In this document: piece by piece, positions 36,228 through 45,618 of the stretch
Layout: each line of letters starts with the position of its first letter
Position numbering within the stretch: position 1 is the stretch's first letter
Source of the DNA: a virus
Strand: one strand, 5' to 3'
Virus record (IMG/VR): IMGVR_UViG_3300032073_005220
Location: 64,001 to 128,000 of that record
DNA length: 64,000 bases
Made by a program: the position numbers and the translations under genes
The notes under the pieces: model-generated
What the model saw: the letters and a program-made list of their open reading frames with translations, nothing else
Databases searched by the model: none
Told to the model about the DNA's origin: nothing

Positions 36228-36918
36228 TTTTCATAAAATTTGTGTATTTGATTTAGAAACAGACGGAACAGATCCCAACTCCTGCAGCCCTGTTCAAATT
36301 GCTGCTCTTATGGTAGATCCGTTAAAGTTAGAAATTATACCCGATTCTAAATTTAATATAAATTTAAAACCAGAAAAATTAGAAGATAACCCAGACTATT
36401 CTTATGAAGATAGCGATGTATTGGATTTTCATGCTAAAGTTAAAGGAATAACTAGCGCACAAGTATTAGACGAATGGAAAAACTATCATTCACAGAAGCA
36501 GGGATGGACTTCTTTTGTTAGCTATCTAGACATGTATCATTTAGGTAACAGAAAAAAGAAATCTCAATTCACCGCACCTATTGCTGCTGGTTATAACATA
36601 TTTAGATTTGATTTAAAGATTGTTGATAGGCTTAGTAGAAAATACGGTAATACAAATAAAGAAAAAAATAGCGACTTGTTTTTTCCTAGAGACACACTTG
36701 ACTTAATCAACAATGTTTTTTGTTGGTTTGAAGGAAATGACGAATTAAAAAATTACACCCTAGATCATCTCAGAGATTACTTTGGTATGGCAAAGGAAGG
36801 CGCTCATGACGCATTGAAGGATGTAGAGGACACTGCTGAATTGACTATTAGGTTTCTAAGACTTCATAGAAAACTTTCAGCAAAAATTAAATTTAAGGAT
36901 TCTTTTGTAGCACATTAA
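36220..36918 (+). CDS. dnaQ: DEDDh 3'-5' exonuclease (DnaQ/epsilon-like)
   Basis: ExoI FDLETDG, ExoII YNIFRFD, ExoIII HDALKD. Confidence 0.85.
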   Translation: MSNFHKICVFDLETDGTDPNSCSPVQIAALMVDPLKLEIIPDSKFNINLKPEKLEDNPDYSYEDSDVLDFHAKVKGITSAQVLDEWKNYHSQKQGWTSFVSYLDMYHLGNRKKKSQFTAPIAAGYNIFRFDLKIVDRLSRKYGNTNKEKNSDLFFPRDTLDLINNVFCWFEGNDELKNYTLDHLRDYFGMAKEGAHDALKDVEDTAELTIRFLRLHRKLSAKIKFKDSFVAH

Positions 36919-36924
36919 TATCTT

Positions 36925-38541
36925 ATGAAAAATAAATATTTGACTTTTTCTTGCGGGTGTAAGTTTCCGCTTGGAGATAATAACTCTGTATCTTTTGATA
37001 CAGATGTGACTTCTCTGAATAAGGAATGTTCTAAAACGTGGGACTTAATCTCAGATGGTAATACCAAGGGCTGCTTTCAGTTAGAGTCTAGGCTTGGTCA
37101 GTCTATGTCCAAGAAATTGAAACCTTCTAATATAGAGCAATTGTCTGGACTTATTAGTATTTTAAGACCTGGGTGTTTAGAAGCCTATAGAGAAGGCAAG
37201 AGCGTATCTAATCACTATATAGACAAAAAAAATAATTTAGAAGATATTGATTATTTTCATCCAAGTTTAGAAGATATATTACAGCCTACGTACGGAGAAA
37301 TGATATATCAAGAACAGGCTATGAGAATTACACAGAAAATAGCTGGGTTTGACCTAAAAGAAGCAGATATGCTCAGAAAAGCTATTGGTAAGAAAAAACC
37401 AGAAGAGATGGCCAAAGTAAAGAAAAGATTTATATCTGGGTGTAAACAGCAAAATATTGTTACGATAGAAGAAGCAGAAGAAATATTCGGCTGGATCGAA
37501 AAAAGTCAAAGATACTCATTCAACAAGAGTCACGCCATATCTTATGCAATAAACGCTTATCTTTCTGCATATGCTAAAGCCCATTTCCCCAAAATGTTTT
37601 TTGCCTCATATTTAAAGTTCGCTAAAGATAAAATCGATCCGCAACAAGAGATTAAAGAACTTATCAGAAACGCTAGTGAAATGGACGTTTCTGTTAGCAC
37701 TCCAGATTTAAGAAACCTAAACCGTTTATTCGTTGTTGGATCAGAATATATATATTTTGGACTAACAGACATTAAGGGGGTTGGCAATTCTGTGTTTAAT
37801 AAAATTATACAAATAACAGGTGACACAGATTTTGATATTAATAAAGAATCTTGGTGTTATCTCTTGTTTGGTCTCTTATTAAAAATAAACTCTACTGCCG
37901 TGAAAGCCCTAATTAGTTCAGGAGCTTTAGATTACCTTAAAATAAATAGAACTGAAATGCTCTTTGAATACGATGTGGCATCTTCTTTAACAAAAAAAGA
38001 AGCATCGATTTGTGAGGAAGCTTCTGTAGAAGAAAATAAGCTAAAAAATATTTTAGAAAATCTTTTAGATGCACCTCGTATCAACAAAAACAGAAAAATC
38101 AAAATAAATGATGCGATCAACATGCTTAAAAAACCTCCGTATTCTTTACAAGATAGGATAGAGTGGTTGTCAGACAGCGAAAGTTCATTATTGGGCGCCG
38201 CTATATCTTGCTGTAAGTTAGATTCTTATGATATAAGTATGACTAATACAGACTGCAAGACATTTAAAAAGACACACATTAAAAATAATATTATTATTGC
38301 TGGAGAAATAAGTGGAGTTAATATAGTCAAGACTAAAAAAGGTAAAAATCCTGGTCAAGAAATGGCTTTTGTCACAATAGAAGATAGTACGGGGTTGTTG
38401 GATTCTGTTATCATGTTTCCAGAAGCTTGGACCCAATATAAACACCATATTTTTAATAGTAATGTTCTGGTTTTTGTAGGCAATAAAACGAAACAATCGG
38501 ACGGTTTCATAGTAGAAAAATGTTTTGACGCGCACACTTGA
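36925..38541 (+). CDS. dnaE: DNA polymerase III alpha, C-terminal half (fingers, HhH, OB fold)
   Basis: GCFQLES, LRPG, TYGEMIYQEQ, ADMLRKAIGKKK, YSFNKSHA, GLTDIKGVG, MAFVTIEDSTG. Confidence 0.93.
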   Translation: MKNKYLTFSCGCKFPLGDNNSVSFDTDVTSLNKECSKTWDLISDGNTKGCFQLESRLGQSMSKKLKPSNIEQLSGLISILRPGCLEAYREGKSVSNHYIDKKNNLEDIDYFHPSLEDILQPTYGEMIYQEQAMRITQKIAGFDLKEADMLRKAIGKKKPEEMAKVKKRFISGCKQQNIVTIEEAEEIFGWIEKSQRYSFNKSHAISYAINAYLSAYAKAHFPKMFFASYLKFAKDKIDPQQEIKELIRNASEMDVSVSTPDLRNLNRLFVVGSEYIYFGLTDIKGVGNSVFNKIIQITGDTDFDINKESWCYLLFGLLLKINSTAVKALISSGALDYLKINRTEMLFEYDVASSLTKKEASICEEASVEENKLKNILENLLDAPRINKNRKIKINDAINMLKKPPYSLQDRIEWLSDSESSLLGAAISCCKLDSYDISMTNTDCKTFKKTHIKNNIIIAGEISGVNIVKTKKGKNPGQEMAFVTIEDSTGLLDSVIMFPEAWTQYKHHIFNSNVLVFVGNKTKQSDGFIVEKCFDAHT

Positions 38542-38565
38542 CTTATTCGATAATTAGGCTATAAT
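38538..38565 (+). promoter_or_regulatory. Sigma70-type promoter for ssb
   Basis: TTGACT (38538)-16 nt-TATAAT (38560). Confidence 0.7.
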
Positions 38566-38615
38566 ACACTATTGTTGTGTTACATTTTTAAATTTTTAGG
38601 AGTTAAATTAAAGTT

Positions 38616-39005
38616 ATGAATATTACTATTTTAAGAGGAAACCTTGCTAGAGATCCAGAGTACAGAACCGTTAATACAAATGGCAAGCAGACAGGAGTAG
38701 TCAATTTTACTGTCGCTGTTTCTAGAGAATACACAAAAGCAAATGGAGAAAGAGATAAGATCGCTTCCTTTATTAATTGTGAAGCTTGGGATACTGGAGC
38801 TGAAATTATTAGCAATTCTTTTAAGAAGGGCGACTTGGTTCTTGTAGAAGGATCTCTAAGGAATGATAGCTGGGAGAAGGACGGCGTTAAGCATAGCACT
38901 CTTAAGGTGAGAGTAAATAACTTTTCTAAGATTACTAAACTTAGCAGACAACAGAAGAAAGAAAAGGTCTCTTCTGGGCAGGAAAACGAACCCGTTAGCT
39001 TCTAA
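38616..39005 (+). CDS. ssb: Single-stranded DNA-binding protein
   Basis: MN...LRGNLARDPE, FTVAVSR, FINCEAW, KKGDLVLVEGSLR..SWE.DG; C-terminal EPVSF. Confidence 0.95.
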   Translation: MNITILRGNLARDPEYRTVNTNGKQTGVVNFTVAVSREYTKANGERDKIASFINCEAWDTGAEIISNSFKKGDLVLVEGSLRNDSWEKDGVKHSTLKVRVNNFSKITKLSRQQKKEKVSSGQENEPVSF

Positions 39006-39024
39006 ATAAAGAATGCTTTTAAAA

Positions 39025-39090
39025 ATGGTGTCTGTATTGCTAATCTAAGACTCACTCCTTTAGTTATAGCAATGCAGGCGCCATATTTTT
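39025..39090 (+). terminator. Long RNA hairpin after ssb (terminator or processing site)
   Basis: ATGGTGTCTGTATTGCTA pairs with TAGCAATGCAGGCGCCAT (18 bp, 3 G-U), followed by ATTTTT. Confidence 0.65.
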
Positions 39091-39110
39091 ATATTGAAAG
39101 TAATTAATAT

Positions 39111-40784
39111 ATGACACGAAAACCTAAAATATTAATGGCTACAGAAGCTAGTTTTCTTAGTACTGGCTTTGCCAATTATACTAGAGAACTACTAACAAGA
39201 CTTCACGCTACCAATAAATATGAGATAGCTGAATTTTCTGCATACGGTCATGTGAACGACCCTAAAGACGTTGGCATATCATGGAAATACTACGCCAATG
39301 CTGTTAGACCCAACGATAAAAGACATCAAGAGTATATGTCTAGCGCAGATAATCAATTTGGAAGATGGCGATTCGATCAAGTAGTGCTGGACTTTAAGCC
39401 AGATGCCGTTATAGATATTAGAGACTATTGGATGAGTCATTATGAGCAATTCTCTTCATTTAGAGATTTTTTTCATTGGATATTAATGCCAACCGTTGAC
39501 TCTGCTCCGCAACAGCAAACTTGGTTAGATACTTACGAATCTGCTAATGCAATATTCACATACTCTGATTTCGGAGCAAAAACTCTAAAGGAACAAACAA
39601 ACGACAATATCAATTATATTGACACTGTTTCTCCAGGCATAGACCTAAATACTTTTTTTCCTGAAACGGAAGAAAATAGAAAATTACTAAAACAACAAAT
39701 GGGGATACCTGTAGATGCGATCATAATTGGATCAGTAATGCGTAATCAAAAGAGAAAACTAATACCGGAACTTGTTAAATCTTTTAGGATAACATTAGAC
39801 TATTACAGGGAAAATAATCCAGAAATTGCAGACAAAATGTATCTGTACTTACATACCAGTTTTCCCGATGCTGGTTGGGATTTGCCAGAAATTCTTAAAG
39901 ACGAGCAAGTTCTTAATAAAACAATAATTACATATAATTGCGAGCAATGCAACAATATATCTCCTAGTAATTTTGTAGGACCAAGAGCAATCTGTCCGTT
40001 CTGTCATAGCAAAACTAGAATCATACCTTCTGTGGCTCAAGGTGTGAGCGTAGAAACATTACGTCGCATATATTCTGTCATGGACATATATGTTCAATAT
40101 GCTATATGTGAAGGTTTCGGCATGCCTCAAGTAGAAGCGGCTGCTTGTGGTGTTCCCATCGCTACTGTTAATTATAGCGCTATGGAAGACGTTGTAGAGA
40201 AACTAGAAGCATATCCTATATCTATAGGTTCGTATTTTAAAGAACTAGAGACAAAAGCTATTAGGGTATATCCTGACAACCAAAGTTTAAAAAATATTTT
40301 AATAGAATTTCTAAACAAGACAGAAAAAGAAAAACAAGATATTAGAGCAAGAACAAGAGCATTAACAGAAAAGCATTATAATTGGGAAAACATAGCTAAA
40401 AAATGGCAGAATTATTTAGACACTATTCCGTCTAGTGAAGCAAAATGGCAGGAACCTCCTAATTTTCTTGTTCCTATAGATCCAAATATCTGTAACGAAA
40501 ATCCACAGAATATAAACCATATGGCATTAATGACCAGCATATGTATAAATAATTTAAAAAATATAAAATTGATATCTAGCAAGAGAATATTAAATATTTT
40601 ACAAAATTTAGAATACGGTTATGTGCAGCAGGGACCTAATGTTAGATCCTATGGATTAAAACAAGCTGTAGAAGAACTCAATGTATATATACAAAATATT
40701 AACAACTCAGAAAAAGCCAGAACCTCTAACTATAAATCAGAAGAAGATTATATAAAATACTCTAAAATAAAGGCTTCTACATGA
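39111..40784 (+). CDS. GT-B (GT4-like) glycosyltransferase with a zinc-ribbon insertion
   Basis: STGFANYTRELL, RNQKRK, EGFGMPQVEAAACGVP, YNWENIAKKW; inserted CEQC...CPFC. Confidence 0.85.
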   Translation: MTRKPKILMATEASFLSTGFANYTRELLTRLHATNKYEIAEFSAYGHVNDPKDVGISWKYYANAVRPNDKRHQEYMSSADNQFGRWRFDQVVLDFKPDAVIDIRDYWMSHYEQFSSFRDFFHWILMPTVDSAPQQQTWLDTYESANAIFTYSDFGAKTLKEQTNDNINYIDTVSPGIDLNTFFPETEENRKLLKQQMGIPVDAIIIGSVMRNQKRKLIPELVKSFRITLDYYRENNPEIADKMYLYLHTSFPDAGWDLPEILKDEQVLNKTIITYNCEQCNNISPSNFVGPRAICPFCHSKTRIIPSVAQGVSVETLRRIYSVMDIYVQYAICEGFGMPQVEAAACGVPIATVNYSAMEDVVEKLEAYPISIGSYFKELETKAIRVYPDNQSLKNILIEFLNKTEKEKQDIRARTRALTEKHYNWENIAKKWQNYLDTIPSSEAKWQEPPNFLVPIDPNICNENPQNINHMALMTSICINNLKNIKLISSKRILNILQNLEYGYVQQGPNVRSYGLKQAVEELNVYIQNINNSEKARTSNYKSEEDYIKYSKIKAST

Positions 40785-41758
40785 ATATTTTAGTGTTTAG
40801 TCCTTACAGGCATATGAACAATCTAGGAATATATTCTGCTTTTTTATTAAAAAATTGCTTTGCTGAACACCAAAATGTAACTTACAGACACATAAATGTT
40901 AATAATGCACCAACAGACTATAATAAAAAATTGGAGTCTGAAGCTCTTGACAAATATGATGTAGTTATCCAACATTGTCCTTATGATTATATTAACTATA
41001 TTCCAGGCATAAAAAACATATGGATTCCGATCATAGATAATTTGTGTCATATACAAGATCCTTATATCGAAGATCTTGTGAAAAATATGGATCTTATATG
41101 TATAGAAAATCCATTCACAGAAATGGTTATAGCTAAATCCATTAAAGACTCGACAAAAATTAGACTGTTTGACTTTAAGCTAGACAGTAATGATATAAAA
41201 GAATGCAATAATATAGATTTTGGCATGCTTAACTCATCACATAAATATTACAGTGTTTTAGATTATAATTTAGATGAATTAGTTTTATTTAATCTTATTA
41301 AAAACTTCATAGCAGTCTATAGGAATAACACAGACTTCTCTTTAATAATTTTACTTGCTTGTTCACCAGAACAATATGATAACGTGACTAAAGCAATAGA
41401 ACAACTATCTAAAAATCTCTCTATAACAGGAAACTTGTCAAATATAAAAATATATGCAACAGCAAACATATCACTTCCAGATACGCTGCCTCTGCACAAA
41501 AGTTGTGACACATATCTTAATATTGAGAACAATACAGAAAGCATACATAAGCGATTCGCTGAGTTATACGGCTCTTCCGTGTCGGAAAAAATTGATTCAG
41601 ACTACTCTGAGGCTTATGGCTATATGAATAATTCTTGCTTCGGATACAAGAACAAAGTATATTCTTTAGTATCTGACAGTTTTGATAACATATATAAAGT
41701 ATCAAACAAATCACCAGATCGCCAAAAAACCTTAATGGAGATTTTAAGTGAAAAATAA
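40781..41758 (+). CDS. Degenerate GT-B-like protein
   Basis: MNILVFSPYR...G, YDVVIQH, LHKSCDTYL; lacks the EGFG-type motif. Confidence 0.5.
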   Translation: MNILVFSPYRHMNNLGIYSAFLLKNCFAEHQNVTYRHINVNNAPTDYNKKLESEALDKYDVVIQHCPYDYINYIPGIKNIWIPIIDNLCHIQDPYIEDLVKNMDLICIENPFTEMVIAKSIKDSTKIRLFDFKLDSNDIKECNNIDFGMLNSSHKYYSVLDYNLDELVLFNLIKNFIAVYRNNTDFSLIILLACSPEQYDNVTKAIEQLSKNLSITGNLSNIKIYATANISLPDTLPLHKSCDTYLNIENNTESIHKRFAELYGSSVSEKIDSDYSEAYGYMNNSCFGYKNKVYSLVSDSFDNIYKVSNKSPDRQKTLMEILSEK

Positions 41759-42548
41759 TATTAATAATATATATAGTATTATATCTAAAAATATCAATAT
41801 CAGCTATGCTGAAAATCCACTAAATAGCTCTGTTATAATTAATCAGATCTCAGAAATATATAATACGCTACCACTACATCATAGCTTGCAATATGGTATA
41901 AGGTCTAGTTATTGTTTGTTTTTTGATCCTATCAATCAAGAACAAGATATTTTATTGGCTAAGTCAAATAATATACAGCCAATATTGTTATTAAATCATA
42001 TTCCTCAGCAATTAGCCAAGAAAGAGGATTTTTATCTATTTAATGAATCTCATAAAGACACGTATAAAATTACAATGTTTCCCAGTTTGTTGAATATCTT
42101 TCAAACAGACGTTGTTTTGATAGATAGACCTCAGATATCTTCTGAGAATATAGAGAAACTAAAAAACAAAAGTAAGTATGACGCACTGATTTTATGCTCA
42201 AACCAATCTTTGGGACAATCTATAAATCAGGCAATAAGGTCGTTTAATCCTAATTATCAGATAAATTATATGGAGTCATACTCAAATATTAAGCATTTGG
42301 AAAATTTATATCAACAAGTATCGGAGTATAGCCTAATAGTAACAATAAATGACGAGCTACTTGCGCAGGTAGCGATGGATCTTAACATAAGAGCTATTAG
42401 TAATTTGGATATAGAAGGTGTTGAAAAATGTAATAGTACGAAAGATGTATCTGAATTATTAAACAACCCAACATCAAATAAGGTTGTAGAATTTAAAAAA
42501 TATGATTTTGAAAATAGTTTTAAAACATATATAAACAACTTAACTTAA
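41748..42548 (+). CDS. Hypothetical protein, possibly degenerate GT-B
   Basis: Weak GT-B-like C-terminus (LAQVAMDLNIRAIS); cluster context. Confidence 0.4.
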   Translation: MKNNINNIYSIISKNINISYAENPLNSSVIINQISEIYNTLPLHHSLQYGIRSSYCLFFDPINQEQDILLAKSNNIQPILLLNHIPQQLAKKEDFYLFNESHKDTYKITMFPSLLNIFQTDVVLIDRPQISSENIEKLKNKSKYDALILCSNQSLGQSINQAIRSFNPNYQINYMESYSNIKHLENLYQQVSEYSLIVTINDELLAQVAMDLNIRAISNLDIEGVEKCNSTKDVSELLNNPTSNKVVEFKKYDFENSFKTYINNLT

Positions 42549-42560
42549 CAGGATCAGTTT

Positions 42561-42983
42561 ATGAGTAAGAATATATTTATACTAAATAGCCCAAATGATG
42601 TCAATCCTTTTAAGGATCAAGTTACTTTTGATCCTGTGTCCATCTCGAACTTAGATCAATTAACAAATAATTATTGTAATATAATATGTGTTACATGTAT
42701 TGAGGATGTAGATTTAGAAAATAGAGATAAAATATTTCAAAGTATAATTACAAAACTTAGGCCTAGCGGAGAGGCTATAATTATTATAAACGACAAAAAA
42801 AACTTATGTAGACTATACCTGGACAATGTCATAGACGACGATATGTTTGTAGGCCAAATTGCTCAGTCTAGATATGCTATCAACGAAAAAAACATACTTG
42901 ATAGTCTTCAAGATCATTTCAATGTGATAAACATCAATAAAAACAATGGGAAAATAGTATTACATTTGGGCAAAAAACAATGA
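42561..42983 (+). CDS. Degenerate SAM-methyltransferase-fold protein
   Basis: IEDV...IITKLRPSGEAII resembles LEH...LKPGG; no glycine-rich motif I. Confidence 0.45.
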   Translation: MSKNIFILNSPNDVNPFKDQVTFDPVSISNLDQLTNNYCNIICVTCIEDVDLENRDKIFQSIITKLRPSGEAIIIINDKKNLCRLYLDNVIDDDMFVGQIAQSRYAINEKNILDSLQDHFNVININKNNGKIVLHLGKKQ

Positions 42984-43771
42984 AAACTAAATGCAAAGAA
43001 TGTTTGTATCTATCAGAAGATAAACAGTGCGAACACGATATCCATTCTCTGATATCTAATAAAATAGATTATGATCAACAAGCATATCCTGAGATTAATG
43101 AATATAGGTGTTTGTATGCTTTTCCTAAAAATTTCAGTACTCATCAAGAGCTGAAAGATTCAACATTAGACCAATTAGAAGAATTTAGACTGTCTAAAAT
43201 ACCGAAAATAAAAACAAGTATAATAGTAGATGGTTTCAAGCAGTCTTATGAAGAGATATATAAAACTATAGAGTCTTTAATGCCTATTCTAAATAACGAT
43301 AATCAGAATATTGTGTCTACAGACTTATGCGTACTACTTTGTAGTGAACAAAAAGACAAATTAAAATTTGTGGAATATTTAGAAAATAATATCAAAATTA
43401 AATGGAAATGTTCTTCAATGAAGCTTTGTTTGAATCTTTCTCATAAATTCCTATTCTCATTACAGCATATCGATCAAAAGTCAAAAATGATATTATATGT
43501 TAAAGCGGGTCACGACCCGATAAAAACTCAGCGTGTTATAGATGAGACTGTAAACGTATCTATAATTGAGCAAAGACCCTACGTATTTTTGCATAACGAT
43601 AGTCTTGATTTAGTAGACCAATTTGATTGCTTCTCTTGCAATCTAATCAATTTTAATACGTTAAAAAGACACAATACGTCAGATACGGATACTCAAGCAG
43701 ATAAAAACCTAATTTATGAATGGGTTTCCAGAGAAAATAAACCAGAATTAATAATTAATGTCAATAAATAA
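42980..43771 (+). CDS. Hypothetical protein with an N-terminal Cys cluster
   Basis: CKEC...C...C at the N-terminus; ATGA coupling. Confidence 0.5.
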   Translation: MKTKCKECLYLSEDKQCEHDIHSLISNKIDYDQQAYPEINEYRCLYAFPKNFSTHQELKDSTLDQLEEFRLSKIPKIKTSIIVDGFKQSYEEIYKTIESLMPILNNDNQNIVSTDLCVLLCSEQKDKLKFVEYLENNIKIKWKCSSMKLCLNLSHKFLFSLQHIDQKSKMILYVKAGHDPIKTQRVIDETVNVSIIEQRPYVFLHNDSLDLVDQFDCFSCNLINFNTLKRHNTSDTDTQADKNLIYEWVSRENKPELIINVNK

Positions 43772-44462
43772 ACTTACAGCTATTGTATTATACACAGATC
43801 TAATTAAAGGAGCTAAAACCAAGCAATGCAAGTCTATATGTAGCATAAATAAAAAAACAACAGTAATACAAGAACAAATTGCCTCTCTTAAGAAAATAAA
43901 CAGAAGAATAGAAATTATTATTTTGGCAGGCAAAGGCCATAAAGACATACATAAGGTTTTAGAAGAAACTAAAAATACTAACAAGGTAAAGCTAGTCTGC
44001 GTAGATGAGTATCTTCATGTTAATCAAGGCCAAGTATTCTTGAACGCAATAAATAAATTAAATGTCGAAAATAATGTGTTGCTTATATTAGGAGAAATAT
44101 TATTTAAGAATATATGTTGTAAAAAGCTTTCTAATAATACTACTTGGCTCATAGACAAAAAGAGAGATGACTTTAATATAAACTGTAGAACTTCAGAAAA
44201 TGACTCTGCGCAATATTTCTTTTATGACTTGCCAAACGAAAAGCAGTGGTCAGAAATTATTTTCCTTCATCATGACACTATAAAACAAATTAAACAATCC
44301 ACAGAAGTCAGCAACAAGATAAAACAAATATTTATGTTTGAACTACTAAATAAACTAATAGATAATTCTATAAAAATAGATACGCAGAAGATAAGATATA
44401 GAGACATTATTAAAGTTAGAGCTAGTAAAAATATACACAAAGCAAAGGCCTTTATTAGATGA
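43758..44462 (+). CDS. Degenerate sugar-nucleotidyltransferase (LicC/GlmU-like fold)
   Basis: TAIVL...K..K.I..I.KKTTVIQEQI..L...IIILAG, N..LLILGEILF; lacks AAGxGxR and has GE in place of GD. Confidence 0.55.
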   Translation: MSINKLTAIVLYTDLIKGAKTKQCKSICSINKKTTVIQEQIASLKKINRRIEIIILAGKGHKDIHKVLEETKNTNKVKLVCVDEYLHVNQGQVFLNAINKLNVENNVLLILGEILFKNICCKKLSNNTTWLIDKKRDDFNINCRTSENDSAQYFFYDLPNEKQWSEIIFLHHDTIKQIKQSTEVSNKIKQIFMFELLNKLIDNSIKIDTQKIRYRDIIKVRASKNIHKAKAFIR

Positions 44463-45160
44463 CAACACTAATACAATATCATACAGATAAATTTATCAAA
44501 TCTCTAGCAGGAAATCTAGAAAATAGTATATTATCTAATATAGACGGAGTATTGTATTCGCTATATTTCCAATATAATTTTGACAATGTTTGTTTTGTTG
44601 TTGATGGTAAAATTTCAACAGAAGTAAACAACTTTATTATTGAGTTTCAAGAAGCCAAAAATATTATTTTGTATTATGCAAACAATACTGAAGACTACAG
44701 TGAGACATTCAAATATGTTAAACATATTACCAGAAACGGACTATCTTTAAAAGGAAAGCATTTAGAATTACCCGAAATCATAGTAGACACCAACATATTC
44801 ACTAAAACAAACGAAGAAACAAGAAAAGATAAGTATTGCGTATTCTTAAATTATGCTAAAAGCTTACCGGACGATCTGTCTTGCTTGCTATATCCTAATA
44901 CAAATATACCGATTAATATGTTTGATTCTCCATATATTCCACATACGCAAAATTTAGGTATTGTTGCTTCCGAATTAGAAAAGTCTAAAATATTAAATAG
45001 ATATAAATATTTTATAGACATAGATCAACAATATGTTTACGAGGCTTATCTTTGCGGATGCACCTTAGTTAGTATAGACTGTAATAAGAATATAAGTAAT
45101 GTTTCGGTAGACAAAAATAAAATCGTATCTCTTAGCAATATAATCAAGGACATATTATGA
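44459..45160 (+). CDS. Degenerate GT-like protein
   Basis: QNLG...ILNRYKYFID...YEAYLCGC resembles a GT-B C-terminal segment. Confidence 0.45.
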   Translation: MTTLIQYHTDKFIKSLAGNLENSILSNIDGVLYSLYFQYNFDNVCFVVDGKISTEVNNFIIEFQEAKNIILYYANNTEDYSETFKYVKHITRNGLSLKGKHLELPEIIVDTNIFTKTNEETRKDKYCVFLNYAKSLPDDLSCLLYPNTNIPINMFDSPYIPHTQNLGIVASELEKSKILNRYKYFIDIDQQYVYEAYLCGCTLVSIDCNKNISNVSVDKNKIVSLSNIIKDIL

Positions 45161-45618
45161 TAGATAATGTAGGCTTCTTTCTTCCTAAGCTAGACGGAGA
45201 AAAACACACAGCTATTGTAGAACATATATCTACTTATATCTCTAACAATAAAAATAAACAAGTCGTTATATTCTGCAGTAATTCTAACATTATTTTTCCT
45301 TGGAATGTACCTGTTTTACACATTAATGAAGCAAAATATTTTGATGGATCTATAGTTGTATTCGATATACTTTCTGCTTTAATAATTAAAGATTTCAAAA
45401 CACATAACAATAAATACTTTTGGTTAGGCAGCGCGATACCTTGGTCTTCACAACCTTCTGAGAACTATAGAACATTTGAAGACATTTTTGATAATACGGA
45501 CATGAAACTAATAGTAACAGATAATACAATACAAGATATATATGAAATATGTTTTAATAAACCAGAATACGTATCCCAAGAGTTTAACCATGAAAACTTA
45601 CAAAGAATTATCAGATAA
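45157..45618 (+). CDS. Hypothetical protein (GT N-terminal Rossmann-like?)
   Basis: 153-aa alpha/beta ORF; ATGA coupling. Confidence 0.45.
   Translation: MIDNVGFFLPKLDGEKHTAIVEHISTYISNNKNKQVVIFCSNSNIIFPWNVPVLHINEAKYFDGSIVVFDILSALIIKDFKTHNNKYFWLGSAIPWSSQPSENYRTFEDIFDNTDMKLIVTDNTIQDIYEICFNKPEYVSQEFNHENLQRIIR

Noticed and set aside
35980-37560. Split intein or group I intron joining the dnaE halves
   Set aside because: No intein N-block or His-Asn/Cys junction; YSFNKSH is intact; the intervening DNA is fully occupied by two coupled ORFs, leaving no room for ribozyme structure.
38566-38580. NrdR box (ACACTATTGTTGTGT)
   Set aside because: One base shorter than the 16-bp consensus, single copy, and located upstream of ssb rather than the RNR.
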